A DNA stretch of 62,638 bases, filler included, from Sluysia triapertura (GCA_046118255.1; 4 parts of 4 records of this genome joined end to end with filler, not necessarily neighbours in it), one strand, 5' to 3'. Shown: positions 13,833 through 26,751, counted from the first letter of the whole stretch. Translations and numbers: made by a program. The notes: generated by a model not told the origin, from the letters alone.

Positions 13833-14616
13833 AATATAGTTACAAAATTCATGGTGCAATCGCAAACAATACGTAAAACAGTGTCACATTATCGAGCTAG
13901 GTTTATTATTAACATTTTTCTTGTTTTATCGTTTTTATGAGTTTATAATCGATAAAATAACAAATTTTGTAGTGTTAAATTTCTTAACTGTTACAGGCCT
14001 TACGCCTATTTTGTTAAGCATAATTATATCAAAATTTAAGTATTTTTGTTTAAACCTAATTGAATTAAATTTAAAGTATTTTTGTTTATTTAATATTGTA
14101 AACGATTTTCAAAAAAACTAAAACTAAATAAAAATAATAGTATAGTTTGTAAACTAAAATATCTATTGCCCTTAAATAAATTAAATAAATAATTCTTAAA
14201 TTAAAAAGTAACCATAATTAAGGTGAATCTTTTAGGAATTTGGATACAAGAGAGTTCTTTTCTAGAATTAAGTATTTAGACTAGGAAAGAGATTAACCTT
14301 TGAAGAGAATAAAAGGTTTATAGGTGATTAATATAAGAAACTTAGAACATAAGCTAATTTTCATAAAAAACCATCAGAAGTTTTCTAAGTATAATAGACT
14401 GTAGATTCATAGTTTTGTTATTAATTACAAGAAAAGAGTACATATTTGCATATATTTCAATTACAAGAAAAACCTTTTTTCTTTAAGTTTACGTGCTGTT
14501 GCTTACGCGTACTTCTCAGGATTAAAACGTACATCGTAAGCGGACCTTTAGAATAAAGTAATCAATTTGCAAAGTATAAGAAAATACCATTTTAAGATAT
14601 TACGTTTTTTGTTTAT

Positions 14617-14695
14617 TGTTACAGAAGTGCCCTCTTTACGACATAAGATGCTTACTGTAGTCAGACCCTGCTCAATTTTCTATTTTGCTGCAGGT
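14617..14695 (+). repeat. Conserved 70-80 nt dispersed motif (other copies at about 15330-15390 and 61441-61510)
   Basis: GTTACAGAAG.GCC...TACG...TAAGA.G.TTACTGTA....CCCTGCTCAA....TATTTTGC is shared with 61441; the CTGTAA..CCTGCTCAATTTT.ATTTTGC..CAGGTT part is shared with 15350. Confidence 0.7.
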
Positions 14696-15729
14696 TTAGC
14701 TTTAAGTATCAGTAAAAACCACAGCATATATATAATTTCTCAGCAAGTCGCCATATTGAATTTCTCTTTCACAATTAGTAAATTGATTTAAATTAAAATT
14801 TTTATATTTTAAAATTATTTTTTTTAATATTATTTATTTAAAATTATACTAAATTTTAAATATATTTCTTTTTTAAATTATTTTTAATTTAATATTTAAT
14901 GTTTAAAATTATTTATACTAAAAATTTTAAATATATTTCTTACAAATATTTACTTTTTACTAAATTATTTTTACATTAAATATAAGTATCTGAACAAAAT
15001 AAAAATATTTATAAAACATTAAAAAATAAAACAAATTAAGGATAAAACAACTCCAACAATACCTAAAAAGGTTTTAATTATAAAATATTAATTTTTTCTC
15101 TACTCTACATACTATAATTTTATGTTATATTTAGTAATAAATTTTCAAGACTATTTATTAAATTTGTAATTGAACTCATTTTAAATTTTGATAGCAAAGT
15201 ATTTGTAAAATTGAAATTATTATTTGGATTAAATTACCTCAAACTATCGATTTAAGTTGTTAAGCATAATACTCTCTAACTACTGCAGAATAAGGATAAC
15301 TACTAAAGTGGTTAAAAACGATTATTTTGTAAACGTCATAAGTCCTTTCCTGTAACGTGATCCTGCTCAATTTTATTTTGCCTCAGGTTATGAGTTGAGA
15401 ATACCGCAGCAAAAATATAGTAGGAAAACACATTGCACAATATGCTATAATCTTATACCAATGCCTCGCTATAAAGAAGGTTCAAGATAGTCAAAAGTAC
15501 TTCCTAACCAACTTCATCATAATTTCTTAGGAAGATTCAGAGTTGATAAGATCGACCTTTTAATTCCAATTACAGAAATTCTTCATAATTTGTTAATAAA
15601 AAGCGCTATGCCACTGAGAAGTTCAGAAATAACTTTTGTAAAAGTTTACGTGCTCACTATAACTCTTAACATTAGCATTAATAGAACAATGCGTTAAATG
15701 TGATGTACTTAATATATGAACACACTTAT

Positions 15730-17404
15730 TCAAAATATAATGTCATAAAGTTTGTCAATTACCATTTTTTTAGTTTGAATTATTGCGATTGTAATAATAA
15801 ATAATATGGTGGATGGTCTAGTACAATGTTTTTGGGAGTAATATTCCGGATAACCTTTTATGGAGGTTATTGATATATTATGAGTTGTACAATGATATTT
15901 TGAAAAGAAATTAAATAACTGTGTAAGTTTGGTTCTTCTTGAGGGTTTATTGTCATTAAAAACATTTATTTTTAAACTTCCATTTGTTATATATCGAGTG
16001 TAATTGAGTGATGAATTTATTACTTGAAAAACTGTTTCTAAAACCAGTTCTGGTTTAGCATAACAATTCATATGTGCATAAAACATAACATTTAACTTTA
16101 CAAAATCTTTTTTTAATTTTATTACTTGTTTAATTTCAGTTATCTTATAGATTATACTAGATTTTTTTGATTTAATAACAGAATAGAATGTCTTTAAGTA
16201 TCTATTAAGATTTAACTCAACTTTATCTAGCAAATTTAATGTTAATTTTACCAACTTAGTACTGGTACAGTGAAACATAATTAAAAAAAGCTATAGTGAA
16301 AATTTATTATACAACTAAGATTTATAATTAAGTTAAATTGCCGAAATGATTTATTTATTAGCATCATCCGTGAGACTCCGACCTCATGTTTACTGGGAAC
16401 TTCTCGCTGCAGATCATCGATCCAGAGTGATTGATTGTTAACTAAAAAATAATTATATAGATATACAAATTTAAAACTAACATAAAAAAGTATAACTAAA
16501 ATCGGATAAATAAACTCAATAGATGGTATGATGTCTCCATTTAATAACAAAATATAATATTGATTTTTCACAATAACACGAACAGATAGAAACAATTCAT
16601 AAAGCAGTAATCTACATTGAATAGAAAAGTTCGTGGAAACTGTTTGAGTACTATTATTGGTGCATAATGTAATTAGCTTTTTATAATTGAATAAATACAT
16701 ACTGAAATTCGCTATTGCTTCGTTGATCAAACTTAAGTCTCCTACACTCTCTTCAATTACTTCATAAACAGTCTTGTAAATTTAATCTCCTTGATTTAAT
16801 CGTTGACAATAAACTTTTATTAGACAGGTTAGTTCCTTGTAAAAACTAAATCATCATATTCGAATCCATGAAAAAAATTAATGTACTTTCTGTCGACAGT
16901 AAAGTGATTTGTTTGAAAATCTGAACTAATCAAAGGTTCTAACGGTAATTTGTTAACTAAAGTAAACAAAAACTTTTTTACAATTGAATTTGTATAGCGA
17001 ATCCTCTCATTTTCCACCACTTTGTAAAGATCATTGGTATATCTTACAATAAAACTGTGTGAGAAATTATATGGTTCTGTAAGCATCATTTTTGCCAACG
17101 AGCCAACTTGTATCCATTTTATACACTGAGCACATGGGCACCAAATAAACAATGAGTTATTAGAATTGAAATCATTGATTGAACTGTTATCATATGACTT
17201 CGTAATCCATTCTTTTTTTAAATTTATTATTTCTTGGCATTGTATTTTATAATCGCAGGATGATATAACTTCATTCATAAAAATACATTTCGGATTGAAA
17301 TGAAAACATTCTTTGATAAAGTACGAAAGATGTATTGGTAAAGTTTTCATTAGTTTTACACCTTTAAAATCAAAATCTGGTAATGAATTATTGATAGTGA
17401 ACAT
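15730..17404 (-). pseudogene. Orphan ORF of about 560 codons broken into three pieces (17404-16829, 16730-16281, 16278-15730)
   Basis: Each piece aligns in order to the 29179-26800 ORF chain (PC..IxxxxG...ML; DIIPSIEFI; LINKS..Q..LSCIIN; P..VLET; NDNKP). Confidence 0.7.
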
Positions 17405-17532
17405 AAAAATTATTTTTTAAAATCTCAGCAAAATATTTTTAGTAATACAATTTTTATTTTGTATAAAACTTTGTTAATTGTGGTTCTGTCTACTTTTAAT
17501 TGTGTCTGTCTTGTAAGTGTTTCTGTTAGACT

Positions 17533-17694
17533 GCCCAATCAGAGTGTTTTTTAAAAATATTGAGAATGATATGCACTCTGATTGGGCGATGATAAAATTG
17601 AATTTTGACGATTGATAACAAAACAACCACCGTCATCAGTGGTGTCATTCTAATGACATTTTTAATCAGTGTAAATAGTACTGATGACGGCGGT
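17533..17694. promoter_or_regulatory. Two inverted repeats in the leader: a 14-bp CCAAT-containing IR and a 15-bp IR with a nested palindrome
   Basis: GCCCAATCAGAGTG (17533) pairs with CACTCTGATTGGGC (17574). ACCACCGTCATCAGT (17626) pairs with ACTGATGACGGCGGT (17680) and encloses TGTCATTCTAATGACA. Confidence 0.75.
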
Positions 17695-20520
17695 AACTAG
17701 TTTAGTGGTTTTACACAAAATTATTAAAATTATATTATATAATTGATAGCAATAATAATAATAACGACAATAAGATTACTGTTATCATTATTATTGTCAA
17801 GAAATAAAAATAAAAATAAAATACATAAATATTCCTTTTACTAAAAACCACAAGATTCTTTCATTCTAACATATTAGCAAAAATAAAAAGGAATAAAACG
17901 AATGTTATACTGTGAAGGAACAACCGTGGCTAAGTGTACAATGTATCATTTGTAGCTGTTGCTTCACGGTATGATAATGAAGTCTTTAAAGTTATCTTAA
18001 ATTTGTTTTTGAAAGATGTAATGGTTTAAGTTGTTAGTGAAATGAAGAATGTTGGAATGATTTATTAAAACTTATTGAAGATTTGTAATTGGAAAACAAG
18101 ATTTATGCATTGGATAGAATGGTTTGAAATGCTTAATGAAAAGTTGAAGTTGTTTTAATTTTAAATAACGATTACAAAATAAGTCTTAGTACTTTATAAT
18201 GTAATTACTAGTAATTGTTAATGATGATTATGTGTATGTGAAATGGATTTAAGTTGGTGTGGTTGATTAAGGGTTCAGATGTAAATGATCTCTGTTTCTG
18301 AGGTAATTGTTAGCGTTGTTTGATAATGCTATTATATTTATGATTTGTGAAGTTTATATTGTAATTGTGATTTGTTTGTTGAAATATCTAGTGAATGAAT
18401 GTTGTGAATTATTTGAGGTTAAATGTCAAAGTTTGTTATGCTATGGATGGTTAAAAATGTTAATTGAATTGTTGATATGTGTGAGTTGATGAGGTGTTAT
18501 AAATATCGAATGTTATTTTATGATGTTTGTGTTGGTGAAGTTCGATAGCAAAAAATGTGATTATTTTGAAAATTGGATATGGGTGAAATTTAATTTGTGA
18601 ATAATGAATTTAAAATTTTGATTAATTTTAAGTTATGAGTGTTGGCCACTACAACCTAAACCAATACGTAATGCACAGAATATAGAATTGGTCATAACTT
18701 GTGCATATCGTTACCTCATAGAAGTTAGGTAACGACTGTGGAAAAATATGGTTAACAGTATTAAAACGAAATGACAATATTCAAGCTGTCTGGAGAGAAA
18801 TCTTATTCCCTATAAAAAGTTCAAAAGTTCTAAAGACGGTCAAGTAAACTGATCCTTTGGAAAAGACAACACAAAAAATACTCAAAAACAAATATGAGTT
18901 AGTTTTTTGATTTTAAGTCAAGCCTTTTTGGGTTTATTTATATAATCATTAAGATAATTCATTGATATTATTTCAATCATTCTCAGTTGTGGGAATTTAT
19001 AAAATTTCAGGGTGCAATTTTAGCCTATATCACCACTCAAACTCACAAATAAATGCATTAAAGAAAGTTTTGTGTATATTATTTTTATTTTATAATAAAA
19101 ACTCAATAATTATACGAATACAGAATCTCAATATATTTTTAAATATCTCAATGAATTCACAAATATTAATTTATAATAATACGCCTCTAATATATATTTA
19201 ACAACAATATGCCTTCAGTATAAAATTTTAACATACTTTTTAATTATCGAAATTAATAACTGTTCTTTAATTCTCAATATACGAATTTAAAGTTATAAAT
19301 CACTGACTATAAAATTCTAAATCTACAAAAAATCCAGGACGATAACACAATAAATGTTGTAACTCATGTTAACAATAAAGTTTAACTAACTTTAACACAA
19401 TAAAACCTCTTTTTTGAACTTTAGTCAATTGTAGAATAATAAACTCCAATCACATTGTTTTCCGCAAATGGATTCAGGTAGCCTTACTAATGGATGTAAA
19501 GTTTAATAAGTCTTCTTCCAAATATTGTATACTCCGTTTATCTCTCCGACTAACTTATTCTCTTTTTATTGCATAAATCTAATTGTTTAAAATTAATCAA
19601 ATACTAAGTTTATTTTCCATAGAAATCTTTTGTGTCATACGTTATGCGTCAGCCGTACGTCATACATCGATTTCAATAACTTATTTCAATTGGTATCTTC
19701 ATGAGCATTAGTTTAATATATTATTATTTGTAATATATTATTTGTACTTAAACACCACCACACTTATAAATTTAATTTTGGAATATAAAGACTAATTAAA
19801 ATAACTAATTTTTGCATTATCTGCGTCGACGAGATTCGCAACGTTTCATCATTAATAATATTTATAAAACTCATTATATACACTAATTCTAATATTATTT
19901 TATAAAGAGCAAACATTTTCCATTAAGTATTAAATAGACAAATTTTAATTAAATAATTTAACAAATGTATTTTAATATTTTTACAATTAAGACCTTATAA
20001 AAAGGTTATTTCTTCGCATTCTTTATTCTTATATTTTGATTCAAATATTTTTATACACTTATTTTGTCGTCACATTTCATTGTAATGTTTTATCTTAATC
20101 CCTCAATATTACCTATTTTATTTTTAAACCATGAGTTATAATCCTTGTGTTCCTCTTTACCTTTAATCAAATCCAAGATGTAATTGTTTCCTGTTCGACA
20201 GAGGCACCTAATTTTGTTTTAAAAAATGAAATTTGAATATAGTAATGATTTGATTTACTTTTTATATAATTAGATAAATCCATAAGTCCATAAATCCATA
20301 TTTAGATAAATTCATAAAATAATATTTACAAAATGTCATTATCTATTAAACATTATTGTTTAAATATTATAATTCTAGATCCTTTAAATATCTAAATATA
20401 TACAGTTTTTTATTGCATATATTTTTTAAATTATGAGTAACATTTTTATTTGCAATTTTGTCTAATTCACTGAATCTTTATTTTACATAGTTAATATAGA
20501 GTTATTATTTTAAATTAAAT

Positions 20521-23500
20521 ATGGGTAAGAAGCAGCATCAAAAGGATAAACTGTAATAAATTTTTTCTTGAATTTATTATACATTTGTAGTTGGTTAACA
20601 ACGACTGAATGGAAAACTATTTATGGAGGTAAGAAAGCTACCCAAAGTCAAAAGTACCATCGGCAACCTTTCAATTATTGCTCTTTAAAATACGTACCTA
20701 CGAAACAACCTTGTTGCACCAAAGAAGGAATTGTATTTGATTACGAAAACATTTTAAATTTTTTAAAGAAAAATAAAATTAATCCAATAACTGGGAAAGT
20801 ATTACAATTGTATTTTTTAATTTTTATAGAAATTAAAAGTAAAAGATTTAATTAGAATAAAATTTTTCAAAAATCTTGAAGATGAATTTCACTGTCCTGT
20901 TACATACAAACTTTTTAATGATTCTACAAAAATAGTTGTGGTTCCATCATCAGGAAATGTGTTTTCATATGACGTTAGTCTTGAATTTTAAGTTACAATA
21001 TTCATTTAGGGTTTGTTGGTAAATAATAAAAAAGGTGATGAATGGTTTGATCCAATATCAAATGAACAATTTCTTAAGAAAGATTTGATTGTAATTCAAG
21101 ATCCTGAAAATCCAGATCGCTTTAATATGGCTACGTTTTATAAAAAAACTGATGAAAATAGTTTGTTTTTGTAATTTTATTGTTACATTCATATTAGAAG
21201 GTGAAAATTCAACAACTCCAATATTAAAAATTACTGATCCATTAACAGCAGAAGTTATGAAAGAAATGCAAAATCAACGAAAAGTAATAATTATAAAAAA
21301 GTATTTAATCTTTTTTCAGTTAAAACAAGATTTAGAAGCATCAAAAACAGAAAATAATGACAAATCAAAAAAACAAGATACAAAAGATAAATTTAATGAA
21401 GCTAATTATTCAACTGGAATGGCAAGTGCTTCATTGACATCCACATCAGCTCCGTTGACGTATATAAACGAAACCGCTATTTTATCTGATGATATTGTTC
21501 GTTATAACAAAGTGAAAGAAAAAGGTTATGTTTCTCTAGTAACAAATTTCGGAAGAATAAATTTAGAATTATATTGTGATACTGTACCAAAAACGAGTGA
21601 TAATTTTATGAGATTGTGTAAATCGAAATATTACGATAATACCAAATTTCACCGTTTAATACGTCATTTTGTTGTAAGTTTTTTCATTAAAGTGACTAAT
21701 TTTGGAAAAAAAACATTTACTTTTGTAAATAAGCTATATAAACATTCTAATAATTTTTAAACGAAAACTTTTCAAGAAAAAGACACTTATTTTAATTGGA
21801 TAGTAGGTTCATCAAAAAATTGATATTTTCAGCTACAAGGCGGTGATCCAACTGGAACAGGAAATGGTGGTGAATCTTGCTGGGGAAAACCTTTTCCAGA
21901 TGAGTTTGTCAAAAAATACAGTCATGATTCAAGAGGTGTGTTATCGATGGCTAATTCAGGGCCTAATACAAACAAAAGTCAATTGTTAGTAATCGTTGTT
22001 ATTTCTGAATTGAATGTTTTAAATTTTTTAAGATGGCAGACGTGTATATATATGTTTTAAATTAAGCAGTCAAGATTTTGAATATTTTGAACTCTGATAA
22101 ATCTGAATCAGAAACATCGCCTAGGTAAAAACGAAAAAGATATTAAATTTAGAGAAGTTTATTTCCTAAAAAGGTACCGAATAATTATGAAATTATGTTG
22201 CTTTAAAATGGAATTAATAGTTACGATTCATAAATTAAGTACGTGGTAAAAACGTCATAATGAATATTATTAGTGATTGTCAGAGCAATTTTAATGGACA
22301 TTGTGTGACTCACGTTTTGTAATGAAAAGTTTCTTCTACTTTGCATGCACAAAAGATTATTATAGCGGGGCGTCTGTTATCAGACATCGTATTGGCCTCT
22401 TGTGCACGGGTTAGGTTGTCGATAGAGTGGAAACTACGTAGTTCAGGCAACTTCTTATTAATAATCTTGGAGTCTTTCACCAATGATTGCTATGCTGCAA
22501 AGAAAAAGACAAATAATCGTTGATTAGTATTCTTTTCTCTAATTCTTTTTTCATGTTCTCTAAACTCGAATCTAGAGAATTCAATTTCGATTATTTTTAA
22601 AGTAAATTTGAGTTCAAATTATGACCTTTATAATTATGTGTTACATTTATTTTACATTTTCTATATTTATATTGTTTCGAAATTAAATCTTAGTTTACTT
22701 TTTATTTAGTTTCATTGTTTTACGACCGGCTAAGCATTTGGATAATAAGCATACGATATTCGGACGTGTGGTTGGTGGAAATTCGATACTGAATGAAATC
22801 GAAGCTGTGGAATCTGATAATCAGGATAGACCTATTGTTAGTTTAACATATTTTTGAAATAATTTATATTTTTTGATTATTTTTGTACTTAATTAATAAT
22901 CGAAAATAATTAATGATCAATATCATACAGAGACTGTTTGAAAATACAAGGTGTCTCAAAAGTAACCGAAACGCAAACTTAAATAAAAATTAGATATCAA
23001 AAACGACAAGTTTAATAGGTGTATTTAGTATTCACAAAGTATTGAAGTGCCACTTTGAACTTCAATACAAGTACGACATTCATTCTGGCAAGTTTCCTCT
23101 GAAATTTGGCTCCATTCGTGCTGAATACTTTGTTTTAGTTGATCAATTGTCCTAGGCATTTTAGCATAATCTGTGTTCTTTAGAACTCCTCATAGAAAAA
23201 AATTAGGCGGTGTCAGATCCGGGAATCTGACAGACCATTCGATTGGTCCTCGGCGTCCATTCCTACGTCCAGGAAGTGTTTCATCAAGCCATTGTCGAAC
23301 ATCTTTGGTTCTCCATCTTGTTAAGAATGAAAAAATGCAGCTGCCATTATATCTCTGTTTTCGGACGACCTTCTTTAGGAACATTTGACACTTCTAGTTA
23401 CTTCAAATTTGGATACATGATTGAACATTGTCGGCATACTCGGTACAGGTGTTCTGAAGTTTGCTTCCCATTTTTCTTCAACATGCTTATAGCCAGTCCT

Positions 23501-26500
23501 TGCACAATAATTCTTAATAACGAAGATACGTTCTTTTAAATCTAAAGTCCTTGCTGCATTTTTAAGAATGAGGGTCCAACAGCGCAATAACAAAATCAGT
23601 AAGATTACGCAACAAAAGTCATTCCAAAGAATACTATTCGCAAAAGGAAATGAATGGTAGCGAAGATAACATAAAATGACAAAAGAAGAAATTACATTTG
23701 TCGTTTTTGATATCTAATTTTTATGTAAGTTTGAGGTTCGGTTACTCCTGGGACACTGTATTCTAAAAGCAGTTAATTAATGATGTAAAATGATTGGTGG
23801 AAATGATTGCCTCGATTTTAAACGAATAATGTAGTCCTTGTTACATCTTTGTCGTAATCAGTCGATATCGTCCCCGAAAGATTATTTCATTGATTTTTCG
23901 GCAGCGCTCATGAAGACATGTTTCAATTTCCTTTTTTACAAATGACAGTAAAATTAAACCGATGAACACTGGCATAAAAATACAGTATATTCTCTCAAAT
24001 TGGCCAAGCTAACAATTAATTTTATAAAAAATTTGAAAGAACACCAGGAACAGGAAATTTTATATTTTTTTAATAAGAAATAAAAATGGGTCCGTAATTC
24101 ACCTTTTTAATATATTCAAATTTAATTATAGATCATATTTCTCACCATATTTCACTAAAAACACTATACATCGTTTTTTCTTTAGGGGTATCTCAGAATT
24201 CTCATTATAAGCTTAAAAATTATATTAATTTTGAAATTTTTTTCAAATAGTTCTTTTCAAATTGGCCAAAAAATAAAAAAACCCAGGTTGGCCAATTTGA
24301 GAGAAATAACCGTATAGAAAATGATCGATTACATTTTTCTAAACCTAGTGGAAATGACTTTTCTAAAAAGGTAACTGCAAATTGTTCGATCAGATTATAA
24401 CTTTAACTTTGATATTCAAAATAAAATAGCATCAGGAATGATAAAATATTCAATTCATTATTTTTTCTAAGCTAGTTGATATTGTTTCAATTAAATATTA
24501 CTGACATGAATGTCTTTATTAGTTGTAGTTATACATCATCAAGTAATTCAATTGGAGAACGTTTTTAGATGATTCTTATGATTATTTGGATATTATTTTG
24601 AAAAAAAGTAATATGGATTTAGTATAGAGAATTAAATATTACAGTGGCACGGAGAATGCTTCAGCCATGGACCTTCAAGATAGTTTAGTGAAGGATCTAT
24701 GTATAGATGGATAATGTGCCCACACTAACATTCGACTGTATATTTGTGCTGTATATGCAAACAATTTATATTATAACACGAATAAAACACGAATAAACAC
24801 TATTACTTATTTATAGTTTCCGATTTTAGTAGACTTTTAATTACTATATTGCATTTAGTTAAATAAATTTCGTTTCAAAAGTATAGGACACACAGTATAC
24901 AAACTGTACAACGTATTGTACAAAATTAGTATTTTATTGAAGTTCATGAGTTTTTCAATACCTCTACACACATTTTTGTCACCGAATTAATGTATTTAGA
25001 CTTTTTATTTCAATCTTTTCCCAAGCATCAAATATTGTATTTTTTAACTCAAAAAGGGGAAAGTAATGCAAGTATTGCCAAAAAGTTAAACAGATCAAGA
25101 CATGTGATATTCAGTTATTTGGATAATAGTTACAAAAAGCAGTGAAAACAAATGGGCTGTCCTAAGGCACTTTCTAATCGTCTGAAAAATACAACATTGT
25201 CTTCAACTCGCACGATGTCAGATTTAGAGCTAAACTCCAGTAAACCAACAGTATGGAGAATATTAAAAAATATTTGTGAGGTGGAATTCATTAAAATGCT
25301 TGCTAAATCTCCACTTACTGATGCTCATAAAATAACAAGATAATATTCGCATATGAGCATAAATTTAATTTAGATGGTCCTGATGGTTATACATACTATT
25401 GGCATTATCTAAAGGATTCAAAAGAAGTATTTTCTAAGAGAATTTGTGGAGGATGATCAGTTATGGTATGGGTTGCCATAATTGATGATAAAAGCTAGCT
25501 TTACGTGTGGTTCCATCAACTCTTAATGGTGATAAGTACTATGGTAAAAGAAGCAGTAGTTCCATATGTCAAATTTGCAGAAAATATAAATGTCATCTTT
25601 CAGCAGGATAACACTCCTTGTCTTTGAAGATGACCTCAGTCCAATAGGAAATTATTCTACAGTCAAGGAAAACAGTATAACAATATATCTGAATTAAAAA
25701 TGCAATATTAGATGCTTGGGAAAAGATTGAAATAAAAAGTGTAAATACATTTATTAATTCGATGATAAAAATGTGTGTAGGGTTATTGAAAATACCTCAG
25801 GAACATCAATAAAATACTAATTTTGTACAATATGTTGTATAGTCTCTTAAATACAAAGTTCGTATAATGTGTGTCCTATTATACTTTTGAAACGAAATTT
25901 ACTTAACTAAATGCAATACAGTAATTAAAAGTATAAAAATTGGAAACTATAAATAAGTAACGGTTTTATTTATTAAATAGTATTGTTAATTTGTTATAAT
26001 ATAAATGTGTTTGTATATACACAGCAAAAATAGGAGTTGCAATATCTTCTAATAGTTCTCTTGTTTCTTTTTCGATCCAAATATTTGCTGAAATAAATAT
26101 TTAAATAGTGATATCGCTCGAAATCATCTTCTATGTTAATAAATCCAGATCTTGAAAAACTTCTTTACATTGATGTGGTCCTGTCATAATTCTTGATCCA
26201 CTATTTTCTCAACTATTTGTATCTCAAAATTCAAAAACATTAAGACGAAAATAACACAGAAAGATAACAATGACAATATTAATAATAAGTTCTTTTTTTG
26301 TAGTTAGTTATAAAAATAAATTTAATATTTGAGAACATAGATTTGGTTGCAGAAAGATGTACGATGACTGAATAAATATTTAAATGAATTATTTACATAA
26401 AAGTCGAATATCTTAAAATCGACTATTTTATCAAACAGGTATCTAATTGTAAAATGTTATAATAGAGGATATGAAAACTGTTTTAATATTTATTAAAACA

Positions 26501-26751
26501 TTCTTCTGATAAACGTAAATAAATAATACCAAATTAAAAATATCTTTTTTTATTTTTAGGAACCAATTGAAATAATATGTACAGAAATTTACGTAGATCC
26601 TTTTGAAAAAGCAGATGAAGAGATTCGAAAAGAGCGAGAAGAAATGTCGAAAGAGAAAATCGATGAAAGTTTATTGCCAAGAAATAAACAAGAGGAACAA
26701 GAATGGCGACAGAAACAAATCAAAGGCACTTTAAGAGGTTGGGTATATTGA
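20521..26751 (+). CDS. PPIL2: RING/U-box cyclophilin PPIL2 (Cyp60). Exons 20521-20552, 20591-20798, 20830-20973, 21010-21160, 21198-21283, 21320-21673, 21833-21984, 22710-22836, 26560-26751
   Basis: [18 protein letters not shown]...[11 protein letters not shown]...[14 protein letters not shown]...[28 protein letters not shown]...[24 protein letters not shown]...[15 protein letters not shown]...[15 protein letters not shown]...VDPFEKADE. All introns are GT-AG with consistent phases. Confidence 0.93.
22947..23758 (-). mobile_element. Internally deleted Tc1/mariner-superfamily transposon in PPIL2 intron 8
   Basis: TIRs of about 60 bp (..GTGTCTCAAAAGTAACCGAA..AAAAATTAGATATCAAAAACGACAA) are flanked by TA. 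Transposase remnants are [22 protein letters not shown] (N-terminal HTH) and [34 protein letters not shown] (WIGRRG-WPPRSPDLTPLDFFLWG type). Confidence 0.9.
23983..24312. mobile_element. MITE, 330 bp, with TA target duplication (pogo/Tc1-like ends)
   Basis: TA|CAGTATATTCTCTCAAATTGGCCAA ... TTGGCCAATTTGAGAGAAATAACCG|TA; extra CAAATTGGCCAA at 24258. Confidence 0.8.
24741..26032 (+). mobile_element. Degenerate Tc3-like transposon with inverted repeats of about 310-340 bp
   Basis: [36 protein letters not shown] and FQQDN match Tc3-type transposase; 24741-25050 is the reverse complement of 25690-26032. Confidence 0.88.

Larger units (their letters stand above)
15730..18653 (-). mobile_element. 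Orphan-ORF element family, copy 2 (leader 17405-18653 plus broken ORF)
   Basis: Leader is homologous to 29180-30280 (e.g. CAAGATTTATGCATTG at 18097 and 30039; AAATACATAAAT; ATTCTAACATA; AAAAGGAATAAA..CTGTGAAG) and to 10242 onward. Confidence 0.7.
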
